Below are positions 50,724-63,786 of a stretch of 64,000 bases of DNA, piece by piece; position 1 is the first letter of the stretch; every line of letters begins with the position of its first letter. The notes beneath the pieces are model-generated. The model was given only the letters and a program-made list of their open reading frames with translations. It was not told the DNA's origin and ran no database searches. The stretch is from Octopus sinensis. Taxonomy: Eukaryota. The DNA lies in assembly GCF_006345805.1 (NCBI RefSeq), contig NC_043001.1:91202001-91266000 (forward strand), in the 5' to 3' direction. A program made the position numbers and the translations under genes.

Positions 50724-52369
50724 CTGGAAACACAAAAGAAAGAAATAACAGTTTGAGCAACTTGAATTTCATTGTTTAACCATAACTTTATGTTTATAAC
50801 TATTTACACTACTTTAATCCTTAAGCATTTAAACTGGCCATATCTGGCTCAAACAGTCTACACATCTTATGTTGCAACTCACCAAATTGGGCCGTTCACA
50901 CCTACCTTACCTCTAAAACTAAATAGCCACATCATTAAAATTTCAAAGCAACAAGATAATGCATGATCAATTCAAAACAATGTGATAAAATAAGCATTAC
51001 ACTTGACAGACTCACCTGAATGATAAAAGGTTAAAATCTGCCTATTCTTTGATCATCTTCAGGTGAACTGTTTCTATCATTAACACACTATTATCTCAGT
51101 TAAGGCGGTGAACTGGCAGAAACGTTAGCATGCCAGGCAAAATGTATAGCCGTATTTCGTCTGTATTTACGTTCTGAGGTCAACTTTGCCTTTCATCCTT
51201 TCGGGATCGATAAATTAAGTACCACTTACGTACTGGGTCAATCTAATCGACTGGCCTAGTGCCTAGAGTAGAAAAGATTACTATCTCAGTTGTTTAATGG
51301 TTTTATAGATACACAACTGGAGGAGTTTATTTTAATTTACTGAATGAATGTTGGGCAAGGACAAATGACCAAGACCTTTGGCAATATGCCATGCTTGAGA
51401 AGAAAACCTATCAAACTAAGTGAAATCATAGTCATGGTGGACACTAGTGCCATACAGCTGGCATCCATGCCAGTGGCATGTAAAAGCACCCATTACACTC
51501 TTGAAGTGGTTGACGTTAAGGACATCCAGCCATAGAAACCATGCCAAATCAGACTGGAGTCTAGTGTAGCCTTGGTCAAGCTGTCCAATCCATGGACAAT
51601 GGATGTTAAATGATGATGATGATGAACAGAAGCAATACTTTACAATAATTTCTTACATTTATATTTTAATCACCATCATCATAAGTCAGGCATCATCTGC
51701 TCTCAACAAGTTGAACACCATGGCCACTATCTTGGTCTTCCTTAATTATATTTTAAGTCTGTCCTATTCTATATATTATTCAGTCTCATAATTGTTAAAC
51801 TGTCACATTGCAGGATATCTAGAGTTGCCTAAACTAACTCCATTTGCAGCTGGCAGATGTTTTGTTGGGGCAAAAGTAGAATGTTGCTTGTGTATACAGG
51901 AAGAAATTTGAGATTCTATCAAAATCATACCATTTAAAAAAATACCACTCACCAAAATAGAGGTGTGTGTGTGACCATTGAATTGTAAAGTTGGTGCATC
52001 ATATACATTACTTCTTGGCACTCATGTCACCTTTCTGAGCTCTGAGTTCAAATACTGCCAAAGTCATATTTGGCTTTCATCCTTTCAGGGTCAACAAAAT
52101 ACCAGTCATATACTGGGGTTGGTACTTTTCTCCTTGAATTGGTTGCATTGCACTGAGGAAATGGTCATGAGGGAACCATTCACAGCATTCCTTCTTCCAG
52201 AAATGGGAGAAGGGTTAAATGAGGGGTTAGCCACCTCTTAGCATAGATAAACTAATATGGTACTGAAACTGTCCAAGGACAAACTGATGTGTGGCAGAGC
52301 ACAGAACAGAAATAAAGATTATTTTTAACAATTAATATCTACATTAGTTATATGCTCGGTGAAAAAAAA

Positions 52370-52800
52370 TCATCATCATCATTTAACGTCTGCTGTCCAT
52401 GCTAGCATGGGTTGGACGATTTGACTGAGGACTAGCAAACCAGATGGCTGCACCAGGCTTCAATCTGATCTGGTAGAGTTTCTATAGCTGGATGCCCTTT
52501 CTAATGCCAACCCCTCTGAGAATATAGTGGGTGCGTTTACGTGCCAGTCAGGCAACGGCCATGCTCAAATGATGTTTTTTACATGCCACCTGCACAGGAG
52601 CCAGTCCAGCAGCACTGGCAACGACCTCGTTTGAATGCTTTTTCATGTGCCAGTAAGGCAATGCTGGTAACGATCACACTCAACTGGTGCTTTTTACATG
52701 TTACCAGCACCGAAGCCAGTTAGCTGCTCTGGCAACTATCATGCTTGAATGGTGCTCTTAGCACTCCACTAGCATGGATGCCAGTTATCGAATTTGATTT
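52370..52800 (-). mobile_element. SINE family 3 with internal subrepeats
   Basis: (CAT)n tail and repeated ggcaacga...ggtgcttttac units. Confidence 0.7.
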
Positions 52801-52996
52801 CGAATGTGAATGAATGAATGAATAAATAAATAAATAAAAATGGGATGGTCGTGTCTGGAATGCTTTTGATCATAAATCTGCTCAATTGTGCTTGATATGG
52901 TAGTAAGTAATAAGAATGGTTTTCATATTTATGCACAAGGTCAGTCAGTTCCATCAATTTCAGTACTTGTTTGGTACAATAGAAGTGTGAGAAAAA

Positions 52997-53097
52997 GTAG
53001 GTATACAGTTGCTTAATAAGAGTGGAATGTTTTCATCTTTTATCCTAAAAAAGAAATGAAAAGAACATTCCACTCATATTAAGTAACTTTTACCTAC
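52997..53097. repeat. 101-nt hairpin
   Basis: gtaggtatacagttgcttaataagagtggaatgtt pairs with aacattccactcatattaagtaacttttacctac. Confidence 0.85.
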
Positions 53098-53323
53098 CCC
53101 TGTATTTTATCACCCCTGAAAGGGTGACAGGCAAACTTGACTTTCATGAGATTTGAACTTGGGAAATAAAGAGTTGGAACAAATACTGCAAACCGTTTTT
53201 CCTAATGATCTAATGATTCTGTTAAACAAATTATCAATAATATATACAATAAGACAGATTCAAATAAGTCAGATGTTTGTTTCTAAAATATGGCTGAGAA
53301 AAGGATTATTGGATTTATCTTAC

Positions 53324-53360
53324 CTGGTGCTCCTCCAAGGTGGAAATTTTGAATTGCAAT
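53324..53360 (-). CDS. 37-nt microexon of the KY/hillarin-like gene
   Basis: ttctctctacAG|ATTGCA...CCAG|GTAAGA; IAIQNFHLGGAP; converts phase 0 to phase 1 exactly as required between the flanking exons. Confidence 0.75.
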
Positions 53361-53887
53361 CTGTAGAGAGAATTAAAATTCAACATTTGCAATTTAATAA
53401 ATTTAATAAAATTCTATATATATATGTATGTATTACATAATGATTTTAGGACTATTTTACAGCATTGGAGAATTTTGAGATATTTTTTTACGAAGTTGCA
53501 CTAATGTAAATGCAGTTGTAAATAATAATATATATTGGTCTTTGTGACTGAATTTAGTAGACAGAAAATGAAAAACTTGGTGGGTGGGTAAGTGAGAGAG
53601 AGAAAGTGAATGAGTCATTGTCATTTAACGTCTGTTGTCCTTGCTGGCATGGGATGGACAGTTTGACCAAAGCTGGAGAGCTGCACCAAACTCCTGTCTG
53701 ATCTGGCATGGTTTTTATGTTGTATGCCCTTCTTAATGCCAACCACTTTACAGAGTGTGCTGGGCGATTTTTACATGGCATGGCCTAAGTGCTTTCATCT
53801 GGCATCAGCATGAGTGTGTACGCATACACATGTATACTCGTGTGTAGGAGTATCTCTCTTAGTCTTGATACATGACAGTTGTAAACA

Positions 53888-54049
53888 GGCACAGGAGTAG
53901 CTGTGCGGTAAGTAACTTGCTTACCAACCACATGGTTCTGGGTTCATTCCCACTGTGTGGCACCTTGGGCATGTGTCTTCAAATATAGCCTCGGGTCAAC
54001 CAAAGCCTTGTGAGTAGATTTGGTAGATGGAAACTGAAAGAAGCTCGTC

Positions 54050-54093
<44 letters not shown>

Positions 54094-54908
54094 GTCTATA
54101 TGTGTGTGTGTGTGTGTCTGTCCCCGCAACATCGCTTGACAACCGATGCTGGTGTGTTTACATCCCTGTAACTTAGTGGTTCGGCAATAAGAGACCGATA
54201 GAATAAGTACTAGGCTTCCAAAGAATAAGTCCTGGGGTTGATTTTCTTGACTAAAGGCAGTGCTCCTGCATTGTCACAGTCAAATGACTGAAACAAGTAA
54301 AAGAGTAAAAGAAATGTCATCATTATACAAGTGAAGTTTCCAATCTTCCATGAAAGCATATCTAGCTGTGTGAAAATATTACCTTACTTGGAAACAAGCG
54401 GAGATTGTAGACAGGAAGGGAATCTGGTTATGGAAAATTTGCTTCAACAAGCACGAGAAAGTGGACATTGAAGTCATGATGATTGTAGCTACATTTACAT
54501 TTGAGCAACTCCATAAAGACTTGGTTTTGGGTGCAGTTCTACTATGTAGAAACTAAGTAGCTTGCTTACAAACCACATGGTTCCGGGTTCAGTCCCACTG
54601 CATAGTACCTTGGGCAAGTGTCTTCTACTATAGCCTTGGGCTGACCAAAGCCTTGTGAGTGGATTTGGTAGACAGGAACTGAAAGAAGCCCGTCGTGTGT
54701 ATGCGTGCGTATATGTTTGTGTCTGTGTGTCCCCCCAACATTGCTCGACAACTGATGCTGGTGTGTTTACGTCCCCGTAACTTAGTGGTTTGGCAAAAGA
54801 CTCCAATAGAATAAGTACTAGGCTTACAAAGTCCTGGGATCGATTTTCTCAACTAAAGGTGGTGCTCCAGCATAGCCGCAGTCAAATGACTGAAACAAGT
54901 AAAAGAGT
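53888..54908 (+). mobile_element. Two SINE family 1 copies (53888-54312, 54555-54908)
   Basis: Standard head, body and tail. Confidence 0.85.
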
Positions 54909-54990
54909 ATAATTCCAAGCTTACCAAAGCCTTGCAAGTGGATTGGATAGAGAGAAACTGAAAGAAGCCTGTCATATATGTTTGTGTGAG

Positions 54991-55352
54991 CAGGGCTAGA
55001 TAGAGACCAGTAGAGGGCCTAAGTTCTTAAAAGATTTTGGTGCCCCCAAATATATGTAATTCAAAATATAAACAAAACTAACAGTAAAATAGAAAATAAT
55101 ATTTATTATTGTATACTTCCACATTATTTATATTTTAAGTTTTCTACATTTTCAATTGCACAGTCTCTAATCAGAATCTCAATCTTATGTAACACATCTA
55201 CTTCTATACTTAGTAGGAATAAGGTACCTTGAATATTATTTTAGCAAGTTTAAAGTTATTTCTTTCATGCTGTTGTAAACCATTTACCATTTTATTTTGG
55301 TGGTGTCTCCTAAGCCCTAAGATTGTTTTGCTTAATGGTTAATCCAGTGCTG
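54991..55352. mobile_element. hAT-like MITE
   Basis: CAGGGCTAGAT ... ATCCAGTGCTG imperfect TIRs; flanked by the direct repeat tgtttgtgtgag. Confidence 0.5.
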
Positions 55353-55654
55353 TGTTTGTGTGAGTTGGAGCATGTGAGTGTGTGCGTGTGTCTCCTTGTC
55401 TTAACATTACATGATCATTGTAAACGAACAGCATTTATTTTCAATATTCTGCAAAATCGTCTGACCATGGGTAAATATAATCTTGCTTGGAAGATGGTAA
55501 GAGGTGGTGCCAGGAAGGGAATCAAGCTGTTGAAAATCTGCCTTAATAAATTCCACCTGACCCATGAAAGCACGGAAAAGTAAATGTTATGATGAACACC
55601 GAAGATAAAGAAGTGGAACAAATAGTGTAATAATTCTGAGAATATGATTTGTAA

Positions 55655-56000
55655 TACTTTTACTTGTTTCAGTCATTTGACTGGGGTCATGCTGGAGCAC
55701 CACCTTTAGTTGAACAAATCGAACCCAGGACTCATTCTTTGTAAGCCCAGTACTTATTCTGTTGGTCTGTTTTGCGGAACTGCTAAGTTACAGGGACGTA
55801 AATACAGCAGTATTGGTTGTTAAGCGATGGTGGGAGGACACAGACACACAAACACACACATACATACATACACACATATATATGCATATGTGATGGGCTT
55901 CCTTCAGTTTTCGTTTACCAAATCCACTCACAAAGCTTTGGTTGGCCCAAGGCTATTGTAGAAGACACTTGCCCAAGATGCTATGCAGTGGGACTGAACC
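55655..56000 (-). mobile_element. SINE family 1
   Basis: Reverse-complement copy, 5' truncated. Confidence 0.8.
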
Positions 56001-56573
56001 TAGAATCACGTGCCTATAAAAACCAGAACTTTTGGGAGGAATGGTCAATTATATATAAACCTCCTTTCAGTGCTTCTTGTATACTTAATTCATCAACCAC
56101 AAAAGAATGAAAAGCAAAGTTGACTTTGGTGAGATTTGAACTCAAATGTAAACATGGAAAGACATGTTTATCATTGTAAAAATTCTGACATGACACTACT
56201 GTCACCCACAAAACGTCACAAAGTAAATATTACAAAACGCTTATTCAGCACTTACTTTTCAATCCCACTACACTAATAATAAGTGCCATAGAAATTCCTA
56301 TTGTCACATTTACCTTCACACTGCTGAAAGCCTAGTCAATAACCCTAAACATGGAGCCCTTATTGGGTGCTGTTGGCCAGAGAAGACTGGGCTCAAAACT
56401 CATGATCAAAGTGGTGGTCTCTGCACCAGCACCAGTCTGAGCCATCAGCTGCTGGTATGCGGTGAGTTTCCAGAAAAGAAACATTATAAAATGCTTGTAT
56501 AAAATAAAGTATTATTTGTTTACAAAATAAACATAAGATAAAAGAAAATTGTCAACTTTTATTATATTCATTA

Positions 56574-56970
56574 CTAGCAGTATCGCCCGGCGTTGCTCGG
56601 GTTGTAAGGGAAATAACTATATAAGCATTTTTAGAGAGTTATAGCCAAAAAATAGCAAAAAAATGCATTAAAAATTGAAAGAAAATTAAGGTAAATATTT
56701 TTTTAAAAATCGTTGACACATCGTAGATATTTTTAGAGAGTTACTTCCCTTATATAAAAGCGAAAAAAATGCATTAAAATGGAAAAATATGATGGTAAAT
56801 TTTTTAAAAATCGTAGACTCATCGTAGACGCGCGCTAATACCCAGAAGGGCTCGATATGAATCACGACTATAAGATACCCGCTTTTGGTTAAACTGCACC
56901 GCAAAATGTAGGAGTAGTTACGAATCTAAATCGTAGGAGACAGACACACAACTTCACTCTTATATAAAGA
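56574..56970 (-). mobile_element. Non-autonomous Helitron
   Basis: Minus strand A|TC...cccgagcaacgccggg hairpin...CTAG|T, no TSD. Confidence 0.85.
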
Positions 56971-57296
56971 TGCTTTTTTTTTTCAGTCATAGAGTTAGAT
57001 TTATGAAGGTCTTCAGTAGAAAATCCTTCGAATTCTGACTCGCTGCTTGATATAATGAAATTCGTATCCATTTTTTGTCAGAATTACAAATTTTGAAAAC
57101 ACAATAGGAACAAATTTCGGAAAAAAATCTCCCATAATTCACGGAATTAAAATTACACTTCGATTTTTGTACAAAACTGTATTTGAAGTGTTTACGAAGT
57201 ATAATACGTGTTTTCACGAATGTACAAAAGAGATTTACTCTGATATTCTCATTTAAATATGAATAGGTAAATTCGGGCGGTTTGGTAACGAAAGGG
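56971..57296 (-). mobile_element. Truncated second copy of the piggyBac element at 13161-14247
   Basis: Closely similar to ~13867-14247, including the ggtaacgaaaggg terminus. Confidence 0.9.
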
Positions 57297-58305
57297 TTTA
57301 TATAAGTGTCGTCTGTTTATACATAAACACTGTTTCATACTTTCAGTTTAGTCTTCCTCAAATCACTCTGTCGCTATTTACTCTCTTCCAAGAACATTTT
57401 CACTCACTTTTATCTGTTAGATACATGAGTAAAATGTATGGCAAGCTATCAGCATGATAGACAGAAACAAATATTACATCTAGTTTCACTTTATTCGTTG
57501 CACACTGTTTGCGTGTGCTGTAAACCAGACTAAGAAAAGCATTTGACATACACACCAGAATGTGAGTTTTCTGTAAATTTTGCTTAATTGGAGTTTAAAT
57601 TTTAAAAACTGGACCTGGCAAAACCCGATGCATTCTACTCTTAAAAATGCTAGGTAAATTGTAATTGAAGAAATCCTATATTGTAGATTTCTATAACTGA
57701 CAAAGGGAGGCAGATAAAATCTGCCTTTTATAATAAGAGATATATATTGTTTCTGGTATAAATTAATATTACTAAGAAATATACCAATCCCTGGTATAGT
57801 GGCAAAGAAAAAAAAACTGCTGGTACACCACTTCAGATAGTTTGAGAAGCACTGCTGTAGACTTCTGTGAACTAATGAAAGCTTTGATATTAATCTACAT
57901 TACTTTGTACCAAAATACCTGTTTTTATATTTGTTGAAGCTGGTACCTAGAGACCAAGTAATGGGTTTTGATGAATATTGAATTGTAGAGTAGAGCTAAG
58001 CTCTCAGAGTACCAACACTGTGATTCAATTTCATCCCTCACAGTAACCATTTTATGTAAGTCATGTACGTATGTGTGTGTGTGTGTGTGTGTCTTTCTGT
58101 TTGTGTTTGTTCCCTACCAGTTTGCCAACTGATGGTTTGTTTATGTCTCTGTAACTTAGTGATTCAGCAAAGGAGTCTAATAAAGTATCAGACCTAAGAA
58201 ATAAATGCTGGAGTCAATTTGCTCAACTAAACCCTTCAAGGTGGTGCCCCAGTCTAGTGACTAAAACAAGTAAATGGTAATGCCTTAAATGTGTTATAGG
58301 AATCA

Positions 58306-58341
<36 letters not shown>

Positions 58342-58343
<2 letters not shown>

Positions 58344-58725
58344 TTTTACTCTTTTACTTGTTTGTCATTTTGATTGCGGCCATGCTGGAGCACCGCCTTT
58401 AGTTGAGCATATCGACCCCGGGACTTATTCTTTGTAAGCCCAGTACTTATTCTATCGGTCTCTTTTGCCGAACCGCTAAGTTACGGGGACATAAACACAC
58501 CAGCATCGGTTGTCAAGCAATGCTAGGGGGACAGACACACAAACACACACACACACACATATACGACAGGCTTCTTTCAGTTTCTGCCCACCAAATCCAC
58601 TCGCAAGGCATTGGTCGGCCCGGGGCTATAGCAGAAGACACTTGCCCAAGGTGCCATGCAGTGGGACTGAACCCGGAACCATGTGGTTGGTTAGCAAGCT
58701 ACTTACCACACAGCTACTCCTGCGC
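58342..58725 (-). mobile_element. SINE family 1, full length
   Basis: Standard structure, inserted in (TA)n. Confidence 0.85.
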
Positions 58726-58743
58726 ATATATATATATATTATA

Positions 58744-59088
58744 TATATATAAAGCTGAAGTTGTCTGTGTGTGTGTGGCAGGTTTGGTAGCCTTCAACTA
58801 ACACTATCTCCTCCGAGAACCTGCAGCGCTAGTTGACCAAAATTGAGAGTATGATAGAATGTTAAGACCAAAAATTATTTACATCAAAAAGGTGCTTTTT
58901 TCTATGAAAATCCCTATTTTTTACGATTTTTTTACTGTTGTGTCACCATTTATCGGTGTATTTCAACCAGAAAAATGTTCATTTAAAGAGAATAAGCTAC
59001 ATAATGCAAAATTTTTACTTTTCAAAAATTCCAATTCTAAAGGGTCGAAAAGAAAACAAACCCAAGCAATGCTGGGCTATACTGCTAG
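58744..59088 (+). mobile_element. Non-autonomous Helitron
   Basis: tatataaagctgaagttgtctgtg start; cccaagcaatgctggg hairpin and CTAG|T end; ends related to those of the 56574 element. Confidence 0.8.
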
Positions 59089-59154
59089 TATATATATATA
59101 TATATATATAAATAGGTTAGAAAAGAACAAGGCGAAATCAAAAGGTATAAGTAC

Positions 59155-60195
59155 CTCATCTTCTTCAATTGTTTTTTCAATAGAAGCTACTTGTTGGAGC
59201 AGTTTCTCTGTAAGGTCCTCTTGTTTCTTTGGCTCTTCTCTTACAATAATCTCTTCCTCTTTTACTTTTTCTTCTAGATTTCTTTTCATTCTCAAAGGAA
59301 CCTTTGGTTTTACTTCTTTCCCTCGTAGTTCTGATAGTCTTTCAACTAAACTGTCTTTGCTGTCATCCACAAAAGAAGGACAGGCATTTACCAGTCCAAC
59401 AGTCTCTGCTCCTATTATCTCTTCTGCCTGTCTCACATTGTCAACATTTTCTTCAGATTCATCAGACTCAGGACCATTCCGGTTCTGAGTCAGAGCGCTT
59501 TTAAAGAAATCATCAATTTCTTCTTCTTTTTCTGAAATAGGCGTCAGTCTGACACCATGTTTATCAAAATTAAGATGATAGTCCGAGTGATTGCCAACAT
59601 TGTTGTCATAGTCTTCATCACTGTCATCATCACTCTCATTAACACCATCAAGCTCATTTAAATTTATGTCAATTTTGGGAAGTGTTCGCTTTTTGATGGT
59701 TGGTCTGATTTTTACCGGCGACATGCCTAGATTATAATTGTCATTTTCATTTCCATTGACAGGTCCATTGTCAAGTATTGCTACATTTGACTGCCTGTCA
59801 TTGACTTCACTAAAAAAATCAACAAAGGCACCATTTATATTTCTTTCATAATTATGACTCTCTAACACATCTCCATATGTTACATCTCTCTCATCACGAA
59901 CAGTGTTTTCAGTACCATTTTGCGTTAAATGTTTTGGTACTTCAGGCAAGCATTGGTCCAGTTGTTGAATAGCATCATTATCCAACTGCTGATCCATCAG
60001 CTTCAAGTGGTCCTCATTCAAATTCTGTAATTTCATCTTTGCCATTCGTTGAATCATATGAATCATTGACCGATCTTTGCGCATGCTTTGCAGGTGTTTC
60101 TTGCGAGAGAGATGCTCTACATACTCCTGTTCAGCATTCTCACGAGATGCTCTTTGCTTGCGGAACTCCTCTCTCAAAACATGAGATGGAACAAC
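59155..60195 (-). CDS. Large coding exon (347 codons; coiled-coil and acidic) of the KY/hillarin-like gene
   Basis: ctctatAG acceptor and GAG|GTACTT donor, both phase 0; uninterrupted frame VVPSHVLREEFRKQR...EKTIEEDE. Confidence 0.85.
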
Positions 60196-61073
60196 CTATA
60201 GAGAAAAAGAAGAGAAAGAAGAACATAAACACAAATAATAAAAAAATGTATTTGATTCTGTATTATCTATGTTTAATATATGAATAATCACTATAGGCAC
60301 AGACGTGGCTGTATTCAATACCCTTGCATAGCATGAGGGACAAGTGGTTTGTAAGAAGTTTGGCATTGAAATTCAGTCAGAAGATTGCAGCCAGGTTCTG
60401 GTACCACTTTCATGGGTTTTTATTTAACTGTATCAGAAACATCAATACTTGTTTTAATTTGGTATTTGTTTTATCAATATCTATTTGTTGAACCAGTAAG
60501 TTACAGTTTTGAAATAATTGAAAATAGTTGAATGTTGGTAACTTAAACACACAAACACACACTCTCTCTCTCCCTCCCTTGATTAGCTTCCCCAGTTTCC
60601 ACCTACCTAGATGCACTTACAAGACATTGGAGAAAATATAGTTAAAGTGGTAAAATATATAATGAGAAAAGCCCTAAGTTTGGTGCACTGAGCAAAAATA
60701 TCTTACGCTATTTACTCCATCTGAGTTGTACAGATGTCACACTTGTCACTTTTGTCGTTGAAAATCTATAACCAATGATATCAGTCTTCAGAAAATATAT
60801 GATAAATAAATCATTGCCATTAATGTCCATTTCCCATGCTGGCTTGGGTTCGACAGTTTGACAGGAACCCATGAGTTATAAAGCTATGTCAAGATTCAAT
60901 GTTAACTTTGGCCTGGTTTCTATGGCTGGATGTCCTTCCTAACACCATTTTACAGAGTGTACTTTTTTTGGTGGTGGTGGGAGGCACCAGCATTAGCTTG
61001 CAAAATAGAAAAGAACAAGGAAAGGAAGAGGGAAGTCATTATTTCCACTTAATCACACCAACCAAATAAACAG

Positions 61074-61247
61074 AGGTGCAGGAGTGGCTGTATGGTAAGT
61101 AGCTTGTTTACCAACCACATGGTTCCGGGTTCAGTCCCACTGCGTGGCACCTTGGGCAAGTGTCTTCTACTATAGCCTCAGGCTGACCAAAGCCTTGTGA
61201 GTGGATTTGGTAGACGGAAACTGAAAGAAGCCCGTCGTGTATATGTA

Positions 61248-61328
<81 letters not shown>

Positions 61329-61530
61329 ATGTGTGTGTTTGTACCCCCCCCCAACATCGCTTGACAACTGATGCTGGTGTTTATGTCCCCGTAACTTATT
61401 GTTTCGGTAAAAGGGACTGATAGAATAAGTACTAGGCTTACAAAAGAATAAGTCCTAGGGTCAATTTGCTTGACTAAAGGCGGTGCTCCAGCATGGCCAC
61501 AGTCAAATGACTGAAACAAGTAAAAAGAGA
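61074..61530 (+). mobile_element. SINE family 1, full length
   Basis: Standard structure with long central (TA)n(TG)n. Confidence 0.85.
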
Positions 61531-61557
61531 AAATAAAGAGAGGAGGGAAAATGTTAC

Positions 61558-61898
61558 CTCAAAGGAGACTAATGCCTCAAAGGAGCGCACAGCACTGGAC
61601 TGCCGGGCGGCTATGGAAATGATATTCCCAGAAGCTTTTGGAACAATGGTCCCAGTCCATTTGTCTTTTTCACCTTTCTCTAAGTAAATCCAGTTTTGGT
61701 CTTCGATTGTAGCAACAGATTCAGCGTTTGGTACGACCATGGCTATCTTTATATTCTGACCTTCTGCTATTTGATTTACAGCTGGTGAAAGGATATTGTA
61801 TGTATCCTTACAGGCTGAATATTTCTGTGGATATGGTAAGCATTCAGTCATTGGCCAAAAAGTTTCAAGAACTGAACAGAATACTTTTGGGTAGCCAC
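61558..61898 (-). CDS. Coding exon with a KY/hillarin-like beta-sandwich domain
   Basis: tttccacAG acceptor, GAG|GTAAC donor; VVPNAESVA...WIYLEK...WTGTI...ISIAAR...FEALVSFE resembles KY/hillarin C-terminal repeats (judged by eye). Confidence 0.75.
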
Positions 61899-62198
61899 CT
61901 GTGGAAAGTAGAAAATGTTAAGGGTGGAAAGTGTAAAAATTAGTCAGTAGCAGAAAATGCAAAAAATAGTCCAGCAGTAAAAATGTACAAAGTAAAATAA
62001 TAAAAATGGTCCAGCAGAGAATTAGTTGAGATGAAAAAAGTAAAAAAAAAATAGTCATGAGTGGAAAAAGGAAAAAAATTAGTCAAGAGTGGAAAACATG
62101 AAGATTAGTTAAGAGAAAAAGGCTTTCAAAGCTTGCTGTCGAAATATTACCAAACTTTTCAGCATACATGTCAATGTATATAATATATACATTGACAA

Positions 62199-62605
62199 GG
62201 CGCAAGAGTAGCTGTGTGGTAAGTAGCTTGCTAACCAACCACATGATTCCGGGTTCAGTCCCACTGCGTGGCATCTTGGGCAAGTGTCTTCTGCTATAGC
62301 TTTGGGCCGACCAAAGCCTTGTGAGTGGATTTGGTAGACGGAAACTGAAAGAAGCCCGTCGTATATATGTATATATATGTATGCGTGTGTGTGTTTGTGT
62401 GTCTGTGATGGTCCCCCTAGCATTGCTTGACAACCGATGCTGGTGTGTTTATGTCCCCGTTACTTAGCGGTTCGGCAAAAGAGACCGATAGCATAAGTAC
62501 TGGGCTTACAAAAGAATAAGTCCCGGGGTCGAGTTGCTCGATTAAAGGCGGTGCTCCAGCATGGCCGCAGTCAAATCACTGAAACAAGTAAAAGAGTAAA
62601 AAGAG
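62199..62605 (+). mobile_element. SINE family 1, full length
   Basis: Standard structure. Confidence 0.85.
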
Positions 62606-62699
62606 TATATATATATATATAATGTAAGCATTCAAATATTGTCACTTTCTTTTCTAATATTGTTGCATTTCACATGGAATTTTGGGTCCTCCAAAGTTG

Positions 62700-63727
62700 T
62701 CTCAGCATTTTTTTGGCAGCTTATAGGGGAGGGGTCTAGTTGATTACATCGTCCCCAGTGTTTCACTGGTATTTAATTTATCGACCTCGAAAGGCTGAAA
62801 GGCATTGTCGATCTCAGCAGCGACCATATATAATCATTTCTGCTAAAAGTACAAGGCCTGAAATTTGAGGGTGGGAAGGGGACTAGTTGATTAAATCTAC
62901 CCCAGTGTTTCACTGGTACTTATTTTTATCAACCTTGAAATGATGAAATGCAAAGTTGATCTCAGTGGGAATTTGAACTCAGAATGGGAAGATGGACGAA
63001 ATGTTGCTAAGCATTTTGCCCAGCTTGCTAATGAATCTGCCAGCTTGTCCCCTTATTAATAATAATAATGATAATAATAATAATAATGGTTTCAAATTTT
63101 GACACAGTCAACAGCTTTGGGGGATGGGGTAAGTCGATTACATCGACCCCAATGTTTAACTGGTACCTATTTTATCAACCTCGGATGGATTAAAAGCTAT
63201 GTCGACCTTGGCAGAATTTGAACTCAGATCGTTAGGACAGATGAAATGCTGCTAAGCATTTGGCCCGGCATGCTAATGATTCTGTCAGTTCACCACCTTT
63301 ATAATAATAATAATAATAATAATCCTTCCTACAAAAGGCACAAGGCTAGAAATTTTGGGGTAAGGAGGATGGGTTGATTACATCCATTCCCAGTATTTTA
63401 CTGGTATCTAATTTATCAACTCCGAAAGGATGAAAGGCAAAGTCGACCTCAGTGGAATCTGAACTCAGAACGTAGCAACGGGCGAAATACCTATTTCTTT
63501 ACTACCCACAAGGGGCTAAACACAGAGAGGACAAACAAGGACAAACAAAGGGGTTAAGTCGATTATATCGACCCCAGTGCGTAACTGGTACTTATTTAAT
63601 CGACCCCGAAAGGATGAAAGGCAAAGTCGACCTCGGCGGAATTTGAACTCAGAACGTCTTTAAGGCGGACGAAATGCTGCTAAGCATTTTGCCCGGAGTG
63701 CTAACGATTCTGCCAGCTCACTGCCTT
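62700..63727 (-). mobile_element. Tandem array of about five SINE family 2 units, partly separated by (AAT)n
   Basis: Repeated actggtac...atcgacc...gaaaggatgaaaggcaaagtcgacc...gaactcaga units; junction at ~63491. Confidence 0.85.
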
Positions 63728-63737
63728 TATATTGATG

Positions 63738-63786
<49 letters not shown>

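Noticed and set aside
56313-56460. GC-richer segment with a minus-strand donor-like site, a candidate exon
   Set aside because: Stops in all three minus-strand frames; the 53324-53360 microexon already resolves the phase.
58859-59488. 209-aa plus-strand ORF
   Set aside because: Helitron sequence joined to the antisense shadow of the real minus-strand exon.
62700-63780. Regularly spaced repeats resembling a CRISPR array
   Set aside because: Units are ~200-bp SINEs in eukaryotic DNA, with no unique spacers or cas genes.
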